From a virus (lineage: Duplodnaviria; Caudoviricetes): a DNA stretch of 64,000 nucleotides. The stretch lies in the IMG/VR virus record IMGVR_UViG_3300031134_000004, positions 1 to 64,000 of that record. One strand, given 5' to 3'. Below the pieces are notes generated by a model, which was not told the origin of the DNA, made no database searches, and saw nothing but the letters and a program-made list of their open reading frames with translations. The number at the start of each line of letters is the position of its first letter. The first letter of the stretch is position 1. The position numbers and the translations under genes are program-made. This document shows positions 1 through 9,943 of the stretch, one piece after another.

Positions 1-750
1 CGGCACTTGGTCAATGCAAGTGTGGGTACGCAAAAGCTCACCGTTCGCGGTACGGGTTTTTGTGATGCGAACTTCGGGCGTGTCAAAGCGCTGGACGTGG
101 GTTACGTAGCTTACGGCGTCTTGTCAGACAACAAGCGTTACAATCTGCGGGACGACAAAGTCAACCGTATCGTGGTGGCAGGCAAAACCATGCATCGTAG
201 TAGCTTGAAGTTCAGTGAAAACGATCCAACGGTCACGGTGCCCAATGCTGCCAATGGCTCGCCCTACATGGTGCGTGACATCGTGGTGCCGCTGCGTGGT
301 GAAGCTGTGTCGGACACGTATGGCTTGCGTGATAAGTCCATGGTCATCGATGCGATGGTGTCTGACTACTTGACGGACTTTGCGCCCGAACCTGTTCCAA
401 CCACGCCCAATGTGTTGCCGGGTCTGTACGAATTGTACTCGCCCTTCTTGTCCAAGATCATCCATGACTTGCGTTCCGGTGCGTTGACAAACCCACTGTT
501 GACGACGGACTACAACGACAATGAAGTGATGGAAGTTTGCAAACCGTATGAAGCGCTGCTCAAGTTTGACCCGACGCAGCCTGGCTTGCAACCGGATTCG
601 GACTACACGATCATTCACCCGCACAACCTGATGACCGTACTGGATGTGAACGTCTTTCAGTACCGCTTCATTTTGCGCGTCATCAACATTTACATGCAGG
701 ACGCTGTGACGAGTGTGTCGCACTTCCTGACGCTTACCAAAAGTAACTAG
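1..750 (+). CDS. Virion structural protein, C-terminal part (phiKZ gp27-like position; truncated by window start)
   Basis: Frame is open from base 1 to TAG at 748-750; position two genes upstream of terL matches phiKZ-like synteny (inference). Confidence 0.6.
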   Translation, partial: RHLVNASVGTQKLTVRGTGFCDANFGRVKALDVGYVAYGVLSDNKRYNLRDDKVNRIVVAGKTMHRSSLKFSENDPTVTVPNAANGSPYMVRDIVVPLRGEAVSDTYGLRDKSMVIDAMVSDYLTDFAPEPVPTTPNVLPGLYELYSPFLSKIIHDLRSGALTNPLLTTDYNDNEVMEVCKPYEALLKFDPTQPGLQPDSDYTIIHPHNLMTVLDVNVFQYRFILRVINIYMQDAVTSVSHFLTLTKSN

Positions 751-758
751 GAGAAAAC

Positions 759-2450
759 ATGTCCACTGAACTGTCGTTGGACGGCATTGCTGGTAGTGCC
801 GACGGGGTCAAACCCGTGTGGGAGCCAACAGCGCCTTGGAAGGAGTGGAACATCAACGAGTTGTTCACCGGCACCATCGGCAAAGCACGTTACGTCCCGA
901 AGGTCAATGACTACGCGATCGAACCGCTGACCGGCTACAAGCGCCGTGTGGTGAGCATCGATCCAACCACGATGATTCCAACCTTCACCCCAGTCGAGAC
1001 CATCGATCAAGGTGAATTTAGCGACTTCGACAAACTGCTCGGCGTCGGTCCTGGTGTGGGTGCGGAAACCTTCCGTGTCTACATCAACAAGAAAGTCATG
1101 CCCCATACGCTGTCGGTCGATGGCCGGGCGCTGGTGCCAAATGCTGACGCTGCTGTGGCGCGACTGTATCGTGGTAGTCAACTGTTGGGTACGAGTAAAG
1201 TCATCTCGGCTTACTACGACCAAAGCGGTTCGCTCTTGGGTCAAGACATCCCGCTCAAGCTCGCAGCGATCAACAACGTTACCAACCACACGATCAAGAC
1301 CGTACCGACATGCCATACGACGGAAGACTTGCCTGATGGTGAGATCGTCACGCTCGTGGCTTTCTCGGCAGAAGGTCACTTGGTCTACCAGCGTCAGCTG
1401 ATGGCGGTTAATTCCGAAATCGTGCGTGGTACTGACGTTGGGACCAAGCACGTCAAAGACATCTCGGTACGCTCGGCCTGGGTCTCGAAAGCTGATCAAA
1501 AGCTGATTCAGTACCCGATCAACATTCCACAAGCTGGTTTGGATCTGGTAGGTGTCGTGCATTACAGTGACGGCTCGGAAAAAGAGTATCCGATCGACGA
1601 CGTACGCTTTACGATGTTTGGCTGGCAAGGTCACGTTGCAACGATCGTGGGTCAGCCGTTTAGCGTGGTGATCAAGTACAATCTGGCTGATAACGAAATC
1701 GCTTACGGTAAGACTGTGGGCGGACAACGTTTCATGTCGCAAAAGTACAAGGTCGTGACCAAGAAGGCAGAAGGCGCTTACTCGGTTAAACTGTTCGGTT
1801 ATCCAGTCTGGATTGATTCGCAGCGTGGTTATCGTCTCGAGTGGTTCCTGTACAACCTGGACCGTAACGTGATGTATAACGTCACGCCTTACGTCAAGTA
1901 CAACAGCAACAGTCGTGTGCTCGATCCTGCAGCGTATGGCGTGCACCAGCAATTGAGTGTGGCTGTCGAACTTAGCGACGTCAACGGCACCTACACCAAG
2001 CACCGTCACACCCAAGTGATCGACCTGGTGTTGGCAGCGCCTGGTACGACCCGCGAGACCAACTGGACGATTGGCTTTGATCCTGGCCAAGACCCACGTT
2101 TCGGTGAAGGCAACTTTGCTGCAACGACTTTCGTTAATCAGAACCTGATGCGTGTGCGTCTGGCTGCTGGTGCTAAGACGAAAGAGGAATGGCTCGAACG
2201 GATGTACCGTCGTACGCGTCCACTGGCTGATGCACCTGACCGCGAATCGGAAGCACCGACTCCAGACTTCTTCTCGATCATTGTGGGTTCGACCGACATC
2301 GAATTCCCAATCGAGATGTGGAATGCGGAGCTGACGATCAATCAAACGGTGGCCGATACGTCGACCCTGTTTGTGAAATTTACCAAACGTACTGCCAATG
2401 GCGACATGCATCTCGCTATTGCCGGTGTTCCTGTCTATCAACAGAACTAA
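759..2450 (+). CDS. Virion structural protein (phiKZ gp26-like position), 563 aa
   Basis: GGAG RBS, beta-rich sequence, directly upstream of terL as in phiKZ-like phages. Confidence 0.65.
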   Translation: MSTELSLDGIAGSADGVKPVWEPTAPWKEWNINELFTGTIGKARYVPKVNDYAIEPLTGYKRRVVSIDPTTMIPTFTPVETIDQGEFSDFDKLLGVGPGVGAETFRVYINKKVMPHTLSVDGRALVPNADAAVARLYRGSQLLGTSKVISAYYDQSGSLLGQDIPLKLAAINNVTNHTIKTVPTCHTTEDLPDGEIVTLVAFSAEGHLVYQRQLMAVNSEIVRGTDVGTKHVKDISVRSAWVSKADQKLIQYPINIPQAGLDLVGVVHYSDGSEKEYPIDDVRFTMFGWQGHVATIVGQPFSVVIKYNLADNEIAYGKTVGGQRFMSQKYKVVTKKAEGAYSVKLFGYPVWIDSQRGYRLEWFLYNLDRNVMYNVTPYVKYNSNSRVLDPAAYGVHQQLSVAVELSDVNGTYTKHRHTQVIDLVLAAPGTTRETNWTIGFDPGQDPRFGEGNFAATTFVNQNLMRVRLAAGAKTKEEWLERMYRRTRPLADAPDRESEAPTPDFFSIIVGSTDIEFPIEMWNAELTINQTVADTSTLFVKFTKRTANGDMHLAIAGVPVYQQN

Positions 2451-2457
2451 CGCTTGT

Positions 2458-2503
2458 GCTACCACCACTTCCCTTAAGTAGTAGGAAGTGGTGGTAGCTT
2501 TTC
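2458..2503 (+). terminator. Intrinsic terminator-like hairpin
   Basis: 15-bp perfect stem GCTACCACCACTTCC/GGAAGTGGTGGTAGC followed by TTTTCT. Confidence 0.7.
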
Positions 2504-2521
2504 TGCGTTTTAGGAAGTATC

Positions 2522-4771
2522 ATGATTTTATTTGCAAACGATTGGAAGAAATATCCAACTGCCAAACCTAACGTAAAAACCACCAACCAAAGTTTCGTCG
2601 AGTTAGCTGCCAAGTACCGCTCGATGGGGATCAGGAACCACGCATTCATTCTGGCGCTTGTTGACCAAGACCTCGTGGGCGTCGATCCGTTTGACCCAAA
2701 TCTCTCGATGGAGACGATGGGTAAGATTGCGCTTGAGTGCAGTATCAATCCGTGGTTCTTCTTCCGCGAGATTGCGCGCGCACCAGCAATTGCCGGTAAT
2801 GAGACTGTGATGCTCGAAGCGAACCGAGGCAACATCGCCTTGTTCTGGAGCTTCTTTAATCACGTCATGATTATCTTGATTCAGATTCGTCAGACCGGTA
2901 AATCGTTCTCGACCGATATCTTGATGACGTACCTCATGAACATCCTCTGTCAAAACACAGCAATTAACTTGCTGACGAAGGATGACACGCTGCGCCGTAA
3001 GAACATTGAGCGCTTGAAAGAGATCGCTTCGATCATGCCGCGTTATCTTCAGCAGCGTACTCGTGATGACTCAAACAACGGTGAAGAGATCACAGTCAAA
3101 GCACTGGGTAACAGCTATACCACACACGTCCCACAATCCTCGCCAAAGCGGGCATACAACATGGGTCGTGGTTTGACGTCACCAATCTTCCACATCGATG
3201 AACCACCGTTCCAGTCGAACATCTCGATTGCACTGCCAGCATCCCTAGCAGCAACCGGCGCCGCAGTTGACCGCGCCAAAGCACAAGGCACACCTTACGG
3301 CACCATCTTGACAACCACCGCCGGTAAGAAAGATGACCGTGATGGCAAGTACGTGTTTAAGCTCTTGAACGACGCTGCTGTCTGGACAGAGAAGTTCTTC
3401 GATTGCGAAGACATGGAAGACTTGTACCGGATGATCAAGCGCAATTCAACCGGTGGCGTTATCCGTATCAATGCAACGTTCAATCACCGCCAACTCGGTA
3501 AGACTGACGAATGGCTCAAAGAGAAGATTGATAACTCGGTGGCTGAAGGCGAAGATGCGGACCGAGATTACTTTAACCTCTGGACTTCGGGTAACGAATC
3601 GCACCCACTCACGGTTGATTTGCTCGAACGCATTGTCCGTAGCCAGAAAGATGTGCTGGAAACAGAAATCAGTAAGGAAGGTTACATCTTCCGCTGGTAC
3701 ATTCCGGAAAACGAAATCGAATCACGCATGGACAAAACCTTCTGCATACTGGGTGGTGACCCAAGTGACGCTGGTGGTGGTGATGATATCGGTTTCGTGA
3801 TGAAAGATATTCGTACCTTGGAAGTCATTGGTGCGTGTCAAGTCAACGAGACGAACTTGATTTTGTTCTGCCGCTGGCTGACGAACATGTTTATTCGATT
3901 CCCCAATTTCGCGGCTAACATCGAGCGGCGTAGCTCGGGTGCTGCTATTTTGGACTATCTCCTTATCATGTTGCCTGAACACGGCATCGATCCATTCAAG
4001 CGCCTCTTTAACATGGTGGTGCATGAGTCGGACGAAAAGCGTGAGCGTTTCCGTGAAATCCAAATCCCAATGAACCGTCGTAGTTCAGACGTGTACATTC
4101 GCCACAAGAAAGCCTTCGGGTTTGCAACTTCTGGTGCGGGGATCTTTAGTCGTACTGAGCTGTATTCGACCACACTGAAAAATGCAGCCAAACAGTGCGC
4201 AGACAAGATCAACGACAAGAACTTGATCGACCAGATCACGGGCTTGATTACAAAAAACGGACGGATTGACCACGAAGACGGCAACCACGATGACTTGGTG
4301 ATCGCGTGGCTCATGTGCATGTGGTTCCTAACGAAAGGTAAGAATCTGGCGTTCTACGGCATCAATTCGAAAGACATCGGTGCCGATTGCATCGTAGTCA
4401 AAGAAGACTTGACGCCGACTGATATGGTACAGCGTCACGAGCAGCAACGTATCCGCGCCCGGATCGAAGAAGTCTACAACCGCTTGATGTACGAGCAAGA
4501 CGACTTTGTCTGTCAGCGTCTGGAGCATGAGCTGTTGGCTCTGGATAGCCAGATCATCTTGGAGGACGATGAAATCTACAGTGTGGACGAACTCATCCGA
4601 CAAGCAGGCGACAGTCGTCGTGGCAAGAAACGACAGCAAGTTAGTACGTATCAACACCAGCAAACCTACGGTAATACGGTAGGACACCATTCGGCTGGTG
4701 CGTGGTATAACCAAGGTACATTTGCAGATCGTCCAATGGGCGCTGGAGAAATGATGAACCGGTTCCGTTAA
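2522..4771 (+). CDS. terL: Terminase large subunit
   Basis: Walker A in IRQTGKS, Walker B FHIDE, C-terminal RNase H-like nuclease motifs (GGDPS ... HDDLVIAW); 749 aa. Confidence 0.93.
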   Translation: MILFANDWKKYPTAKPNVKTTNQSFVELAAKYRSMGIRNHAFILALVDQDLVGVDPFDPNLSMETMGKIALECSINPWFFFREIARAPAIAGNETVMLEANRGNIALFWSFFNHVMIILIQIRQTGKSFSTDILMTYLMNILCQNTAINLLTKDDTLRRKNIERLKEIASIMPRYLQQRTRDDSNNGEEITVKALGNSYTTHVPQSSPKRAYNMGRGLTSPIFHIDEPPFQSNISIALPASLAATGAAVDRAKAQGTPYGTILTTTAGKKDDRDGKYVFKLLNDAAVWTEKFFDCEDMEDLYRMIKRNSTGGVIRINATFNHRQLGKTDEWLKEKIDNSVAEGEDADRDYFNLWTSGNESHPLTVDLLERIVRSQKDVLETEISKEGYIFRWYIPENEIESRMDKTFCILGGDPSDAGGGDDIGFVMKDIRTLEVIGACQVNETNLILFCRWLTNMFIRFPNFAANIERRSSGAAILDYLLIMLPEHGIDPFKRLFNMVVHESDEKRERFREIQIPMNRRSSDVYIRHKKAFGFATSGAGIFSRTELYSTTLKNAAKQCADKINDKNLIDQITGLITKNGRIDHEDGNHDDLVIAWLMCMWFLTKGKNLAFYGINSKDIGADCIVVKEDLTPTDMVQRHEQQRIRARIEEVYNRLMYEQDDFVCQRLEHELLALDSQIILEDDEIYSVDELIRQAGDSRRGKKRQQVSTYQHQQTYGNTVGHHSAGAWYNQGTFADRPMGAGEMMNRFR

Positions 4772-4774
4772 TCG

Positions 4775-4817
4775 ACGGCATAAGCCCCCGGCTTAACAGG
4801 CCGGGGGTCTATGACGC
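4775..4817. terminator. Bidirectional hairpin, member of the GCGKCATA...TATGMCG family
   Basis: ACGGCATA-ag-CCCCCGGC/GCCGGGGG-tc-TATGACGC between convergent genes. Confidence 0.75.
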
Positions 4818-4819
4818 TT

Positions 4820-5254
4820 CTATTTGTGCGACACTTTCACGTTCTTCTCATTGGCAAGATCCCGACTGGGACCTAACCGATGGATGAGGAGATCGAGGTA
4901 AGCGTGCACGACTTCTTCACGTTGACCTTCATCGGGCACGAAGGAAGGCAGTAATGCAGGGATATCGAGATCCAATTCACAGGCTTGCTTGAGCACGGTC
5001 GGTGCGTCCGAGGAGACCACACTAAACACATGGTACGCAATGTGGTCTTTGTTCGGCACAAACCAGTTGTCGTAATACCGACGGTAATGTCTTCGCTGGC
5101 AAAAGATCTCGATGGTGTAACCCGAGAGCGAATAACCAGTTAAACTGCCCAAAGCATTTCTAGGGTGTTTAATCTCTTCAACGCTATAGTGCCCTTTAAG
5201 ACGTTGAAAGAACGAAAGCAACCAACACAGCATCCTGGCAAATACGTTGGTCAT
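4820..5254 (-). CDS. Hypothetical protein
   Basis: ORF follows the 5273-6517 gene and ends at the hairpin; ATG at 5254 preferred over GTG at 5266. Confidence 0.6.
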   Translation of the reverse strand: MTNVFARMLCWLLSFFQRLKGHYSVEEIKHPRNALGSLTGYSLSGYTIEIFCQRRHYRRYYDNWFVPNKDHIAYHVFSVVSSDAPTVLKQACELDLDIPALLPSFVPDEGQREEVVHAYLDLLIHRLGPSRDLANEKNVKVSHK

Positions 5255-5272
5255 GGTACAACCCACTTAAAG

Positions 5273-6517
5273 TTATGGGTCTATCGTAGCACCCGTGTTA
5301 TAGTACTTCATCGTGATTGCACGAAGTACAATGTAAAGTAGTGCACCGGTTCGTACGCTGGCAATGATCGAGGGATTCTTGTTACCAGTGGCTTTCTTTA
5401 CGATGGTTTCCATCTTCTCTCGCAGTGCAAAGAGCACTGGGTCGGTCGAACGGGAAGACATGTAAATGCCGCGCAATCGACTGACCAGACCTGGCAAATC
5501 TTGCGTGTGACGAACCACTTCACGGTTCTCACTAAAGTACTCAAAACTATGGATGAGCGCTTCATTGAGTACTTCTTCCACTTCCGTAGCACCACGTTGA
5601 CGATAGTTCGAACTCATCCACTCGAGCGTTTCCCGGAACAACCTTGGGGGCATCGTGTGCATGATCTTCTCAATGATCGACAAGACATCTTCACGCATGA
5701 ACGAATTGCGGTCCGACACGATCGAATTGATGTAACGACCGTATGCCAACAAGTTCTTGCTTTTGTCCTTTAAGATTTCCGCCCCGTCATGTTCGACGAT
5801 GGAACTCGTTGAGGAAATGCGAATACCTTGCTGGTGGACACGAAGGAAAACGTCATAGATGTTTTTCAGCATGTCCCGGATACGACCTTGCGTATCGTTG
5901 AGCATGTAGATGACTTTCTTATCATCGTCCATGTGGGTGATGGTGCGGTAGTGAATACTGGCTTTGTTGATGATGTCTTCTGCGCGAGCGCGGAACAAGG
6001 CCGACCAGCTGCCGTACGTTTTGATGTCAAACTTGTAGGACAGTTGGGCGTACGTCGCTTCTGCTGTTGCCAAGTCTGCTGGGTAGCGGAAGTGACGATA
6101 GTAGCGGCTTGTAAAGAACTTGTACTGCAACACAAGCATGACGTCAATCATGGCATTGTGTCGTTGTTCTTGCGACATAATCTTGCTATTGTAAATGGCG
6201 TGCGTGAGCCAGACACACGACAAGTTCATGGTGTCACTCGAAACGTGGAATTCCGAATTTACCATCGGCAAAGCCAACAGACGTTCTTCCAAGGGGCCAT
6301 CGTCCACTTGAAGGATTTCATCGAACCAACGATCACGATCTTGGTCAAGGAAACGCACGGTCTCCACGCCAAGCAAGTTCCCGCCAAAGAACTTGATGTG
6401 CTCGTTGTTCTTGTTGACAAAGCCAACTTGATAAGCATGCAGTGTCTTGGCGAACTTGGCATCGAACTTCAGATGACCGCATTCGTCCTCGAACACATGT
6501 TTGATACTTTTATCCAT
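5273..6517 (-). CDS. Conserved virion structural protein (phiKZ gp32-like), 414 aa
   Basis: FFGGNLLGV motif recalled from phiKZ-like virion proteins; TATG late-promoter-like motif upstream. Confidence 0.6.
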   Translation of the reverse strand: MDKSIKHVFEDECGHLKFDAKFAKTLHAYQVGFVNKNNEHIKFFGGNLLGVETVRFLDQDRDRWFDEILQVDDGPLEERLLALPMVNSEFHVSSDTMNLSCVWLTHAIYNSKIMSQEQRHNAMIDVMLVLQYKFFTSRYYRHFRYPADLATAEATYAQLSYKFDIKTYGSWSALFRARAEDIINKASIHYRTITHMDDDKKVIYMLNDTQGRIRDMLKNIYDVFLRVHQQGIRISSTSSIVEHDGAEILKDKSKNLLAYGRYINSIVSDRNSFMREDVLSIIEKIMHTMPPRLFRETLEWMSSNYRQRGATEVEEVLNEALIHSFEYFSENREVVRHTQDLPGLVSRLRGIYMSSRSTDPVLFALREKMETIVKKATGNKNPSIIASVRTGALLYIVLRAITMKYYNTGATIDP

Positions 6518-6676
6518 AAGTGGCTTTCTAAATGAATGTTACGACACACAGGATTAAAGTGGTTTAATACCGCAAAAATAGAGCATACCTATGACACGTA
6601 GTATCTTGCTCTAGAGCAACGAGTGTGTAAAGATTAATTCCATTTTTTATTTTGTTGAGTTTATTAGGAGAAGGCA

Positions 6677-6970
6677 ATGCCTTACCGTCTTATCAACAAA
6701 CTCCAGAAACTCATGACCCTGGAGTTTGAATCAAAGCCAGCAACTGACCTTGTCAGTGGTTCGGCTGATTTGCCTGAAGAAGTCTACACGTTGGTAGATG
6801 AGATTTCGGCGCTGGCCCGTGAAACGTTTGGCTCGACCTTGCGTCCATCGGATCGGCACGAATTCATCATGAAGCAAGAAGGCTTTGCTATCGTGCCAGG
6901 GCAAACGCAGCAAACCTGTTGGCGTACCGGGAAGATCCAAACTCCCCGTGGTGTAGTCACGTATTACTAA
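6677..6970 (+). CDS. Hypothetical protein, 97 aa
   Basis: Strong AGGAG RBS; ends just before a hairpin. Confidence 0.7.
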   Translation: MPYRLINKLQKLMTLEFESKPATDLVSGSADLPEEVYTLVDEISALARETFGSTLRPSDRHEFIMKQEGFAIVPGQTQQTCWRTGKIQTPRGVVTYY

Positions 6971-6980
6971 TGCCGCTAAC

Positions 6981-7021
6981 GCGTCATAAAAGGCTGGGGA
7001 ATTCCCCAGCCTCTATGCCGT
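6981..7021. terminator. Bidirectional hairpin, family member
   Basis: GCGTCATA-aa-AGGCTGGGG-aatt-CCCCAGCCT-c-TATGCCGT between convergent genes. Confidence 0.75.
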
Positions 7022-7536
7022 TATTTTACACGGCTGTTTGCGTAGTCCTTGAGCGAGTAGAACACTTTACCGCCATGCGCATTGACCATGCATTCGAGCG
7101 CGGCAGAGATTCGTACGAAGTCTTCCACCGGCGCAGTTGCTTGGTCGCCGTTAGCCCCTGGTGCAACGCCATCGATGACGAGTACGAAGTCATCGTTTTC
7201 CGATTGACTAGCCAGCTCTTGCGTGACGTCAACGACAACATCGTCATTAAGGTCAGTGCGCGAAACACCGTAGACCGTTTGCACGTTCTCCGTTGGCGAC
7301 TCTTGGTTGGCAGCAAGTGAAGCAGCGAGCTTTTGCATGACAGCGACATCCATCTGTTGACTTTCCATCGCAGCGACAGCTTCCGGTGCAGGTTCTTCTG
7401 CATTCGGGTCAGCTTTGGCGTAGGCAACGTCAAGCGCTTGACGGAATACATCCGATAAAGCGCCTTTCAACTCGATGGATGGTTCCGCGTCGGAGGGGTT
7501 AGCATCCTCCAATGCACGTCGGAGCATCTTCATCAT
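7021..7536 (-). CDS. Probable head protein with A-x-E processing motifs, about 171 aa
   Basis: AAGGA RBS before ATG 7536; acidic; ALE, AME, ALE motifs match the phiKZ gp175-type prohead protease consensus S/A/G-x-E. Confidence 0.55.
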   Translation of the reverse strand: MMKMLRRALEDANPSDAEPSIELKGALSDVFRQALDVAYAKADPNAEEPAPEAVAAMESQQMDVAVMQKLAASLAANQESPTENVQTVYGVSRTDLNDDVVVDVTQELASQSENDDFVLVIDGVAPGANGDQATAPVEDFVRISAALECMVNAHGGKVFYSLKDYANSRVK

Positions 7537-7539
7537 AAG

Positions 7540-8210
7540 TTCCTTTAGTGTTGTGGGTGAAAGTAGAACAGAGTTCCACAATATAGAGGGGTACTAAGGT
7601 GTGTTTTTACATCCGGCTCTCTAAGACGTTTATAAGTAAAGGGTAGGGAAGTTATAGATGAGTTCGAGAAAAGCGCTCAGAGAGGCTCTGGTAAAGTCCT
7701 AGGCGCCCTCCCGCGCCGCCCGCCGCCCGCCGAGGACGCCCGCCGCCAGCCGCCTTGCTATCTCTTTCTTTTTGTGGTTTCTTACCCATGGGGTGAATTA
7801 CGATACCATGTAAGCTATGCTGTTTGGCCTTCGGCTTGTCGTTGGATTTCTTCTTAAAAATTTTCTCCTTTTAAAAAGACAAAGAAGGAGACGATCAATC
7901 AAGCAGGGCTCTAAAGGCCCTGCGTTTAATTACTCTCGTAAATAGAATAAAGCAAACACAAGAGAAAAATTACTCGTGTATTCCATGTTTTGTAGAGACC
8001 AGAACAACGGCTCCGCCAATAGTAGATATAGAGAGGTTTTGGGGGATAGGGGGCCTTAACCATAGAGAGCCCCTCGAAGGGGGGCTCTCTCATTATAAGC
8101 GAAAATCGTCTGGGGGAAAGGGGGTTTTCTATTTTCAATTTGATAACACTTGGGGAGTTTCGTAGGTTTCTTACTGAGCTAGGGTATCTCATGATCAACT
8201 AATTGAGGTA
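7540..8210. other. 670-bp non-coding spacer between divergent genes (origin-like or regulatory)
   Basis: No credible ORF; CGCC tract 7703-7754, pyrimidine then purine tracts, hairpins at 7903-7923 and 8064-8090, G5 runs. Confidence 0.55.
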
Positions 8211-8213
8211 ACC

Positions 8214-8372
8214 ATGACAACACCCTTGTTATTGACTTACACCCCAACACCCCCTGTGAACTACCGTGTTTCACTTGTGTCGCCTTACGGCAATGCGAAA
8301 TTACCTACGCTTGCAGAAGTCTTGATGCAAATCCTCTCCTACTACCTGAAAGCCGAAGATGTCCAACAATAA
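8214..8372 (+). CDS. Small hypothetical protein, 52 aa (below ORF-track cutoff)
   Basis: GAGGT RBS; MTTPLLLTYTPTPPVNYRVSLVSP...; stop overlaps start of next gene. Confidence 0.5.
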   Translation: MTTPLLLTYTPTPPVNYRVSLVSPYGNAKLPTLAEVLMQILSYYLKAEDVQQ

Positions 8373-9768
8373 CGATTCCTTTGTCGGCTTTCCAGGCCGC
8401 TGCCCGATTGGTTGCAACTACCCTACCGTGCAAGACACCATCGACTACGAAATGACGATGGGTGAGCTTGCCAAGTTCTACGAGATTCGTCGGATGCAGT
8501 TACCAAGTGGTGCCATGACCAGTGTTCGGTTCCCACAAGGTCTGGACCCAGCTGATCCGTTGTTCATGTACAACGTGGCCAAGCGTGTCAAAGAAAACCA
8601 AATGCGCGCGGCGCAAGCAGCTGGCGTTGGTGATGAAGTTTTCGATAAGGTACTTAGTACTGAAGGCAACCTGATGTCGCTCATTCAGATGGGTCTTAGT
8701 CCTGGTAAGACGCTGCCTGTCACGCGAGAACAACTTACACTGTACACCAAAAACATGGGTGTGCGTCTGGATGTACCGGACAGAAACGGGATGGTCATTC
8801 CGTACGATGAAATGAAAGCGTTTGCTGAAAAGCATCCTGACCGCGTCGCTTCTATTTGTACTGTGGGTTTGAGTGCTAGTCCATCGTCGGCTGCAGAGGT
8901 AGCTGCTGTGAAACGCGCCGTCGAGACGCCGCCCTGGACTTTCTCGCTCAATGGTCTTCCAGATTCGCCAGCTAAAACGCTTGAAGCCATGCTGCAAAAG
9001 CAAGCTGTCGAGACGCTCGGGATTTCGCCAGAGTTACTCTCGCCCGATGTGAACGTTACTTCCATGAGTGAGCTGACCACCCGTTGGCAAAATCAAATCC
9101 GTAATAACAGTAAGCCCAATGCGCTTGCCAAATACATGGAGTACGCGTTTGCAACCTTTGCCAAGGCCGCTACCGATTACCTGGGAACGTTGGTGGTCAC
9201 AACGGTTAAGGACGTGCGAGTACTCAAAGCCAAGCGCGTCCATGCAACTGGCTCGATGCGTAACAAACGTCGCCGCCACTACTACGACTTGACAACGCAT
9301 CAGATCGTTACTAAGCGCTCGAAGTTCTCTGGCGTGTTTCCTGTCTCAATCGGTGAAATGGTGCCGGTGCCGGGAACGGATAAAGTTGAAGTGACTGCCA
9401 CGTTCCAGTACGACAAGCGTGAAAGCACGATGGCTGGTTCACTGAACGACTCGCTCGACAAGCTCACCGATGTGAATGCAGTGGTGGTCTCTCCAAGTGA
9501 GCCTGTTGCCATAGTGCTGCGCGCCAGTAATGAAGCGGACCGCGAAGCACTGCTTAAGGTTCTCGAAGAACATCGCAAAGAAGGACGGTGCGAGTTCAAA
9601 GAGATTGCCAAGAACCACACCGGCTACCGTTTCTGCGCTACGTACAACGACATCGTGAAGGTCGAACCACCAAGTATAACGATCGAGCCACGCATGCATG
9701 TCGATAAGGATGGCAAGATCGAGATCAGTAGTTTCAACATCGTCAGTCCACCACCTGACAAGAAATAG
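8359..9768 (+). CDS. Hypothetical protein, 469 aa
   Basis: Long ORF with phage-typical codon use; no recognisable motif. Confidence 0.75.
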   Translation: MSNNNDSFVGFPGRCPIGCNYPTVQDTIDYEMTMGELAKFYEIRRMQLPSGAMTSVRFPQGLDPADPLFMYNVAKRVKENQMRAAQAAGVGDEVFDKVLSTEGNLMSLIQMGLSPGKTLPVTREQLTLYTKNMGVRLDVPDRNGMVIPYDEMKAFAEKHPDRVASICTVGLSASPSSAAEVAAVKRAVETPPWTFSLNGLPDSPAKTLEAMLQKQAVETLGISPELLSPDVNVTSMSELTTRWQNQIRNNSKPNALAKYMEYAFATFAKAATDYLGTLVVTTVKDVRVLKAKRVHATGSMRNKRRRHYYDLTTHQIVTKRSKFSGVFPVSIGEMVPVPGTDKVEVTATFQYDKRESTMAGSLNDSLDKLTDVNAVVVSPSEPVAIVLRASNEADREALLKVLEEHRKEGRCEFKEIAKNHTGYRFCATYNDIVKVEPPSITIEPRMHVDKDGKIEISSFNIVSPPPDKK

Positions 9769-9775
9769 TAATACC

Positions 9776-9826
9776 GCGGCATAAAGCCTCTATTGGGAAG
9801 GGTTTGGCGCCCTTTCCCAATATGCC
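9776..9826 (+). terminator. Hairpin, family member
   Basis: GCGGCATA ... TATTGGGAAGGG/CCCTTTCCCAATA-TGCC directly after the stop codon. Confidence 0.65.
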
Positions 9827-9855
9827 CTAAAATCATGATCCTAGATTATTTTAAC

Positions 9856-9874
9856 CATATATTCTTAGCTTGAG
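9856..9874 (+). promoter_or_regulatory. Early (virion RNAP) promoter-like motif
   Basis: CATATATTCTTAGCTTGAG; same 19-nt layout at six other intergenic sites; resembles the phiKZ early TATATTAC element. Confidence 0.7.
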
Positions 9875-9943
9875 ATACATGACATATCTCTGTCCGTATC
9901 TTGTCCAAGACACCCTAAATAATCATAGAAAAGAAAATACATC

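Noticed and set aside
7926-8198. 90-aa minus-strand ORF in the origin-like spacer
   Set aside because: It is built from homopolymer and hairpin sequence, with no RBS and atypical composition.
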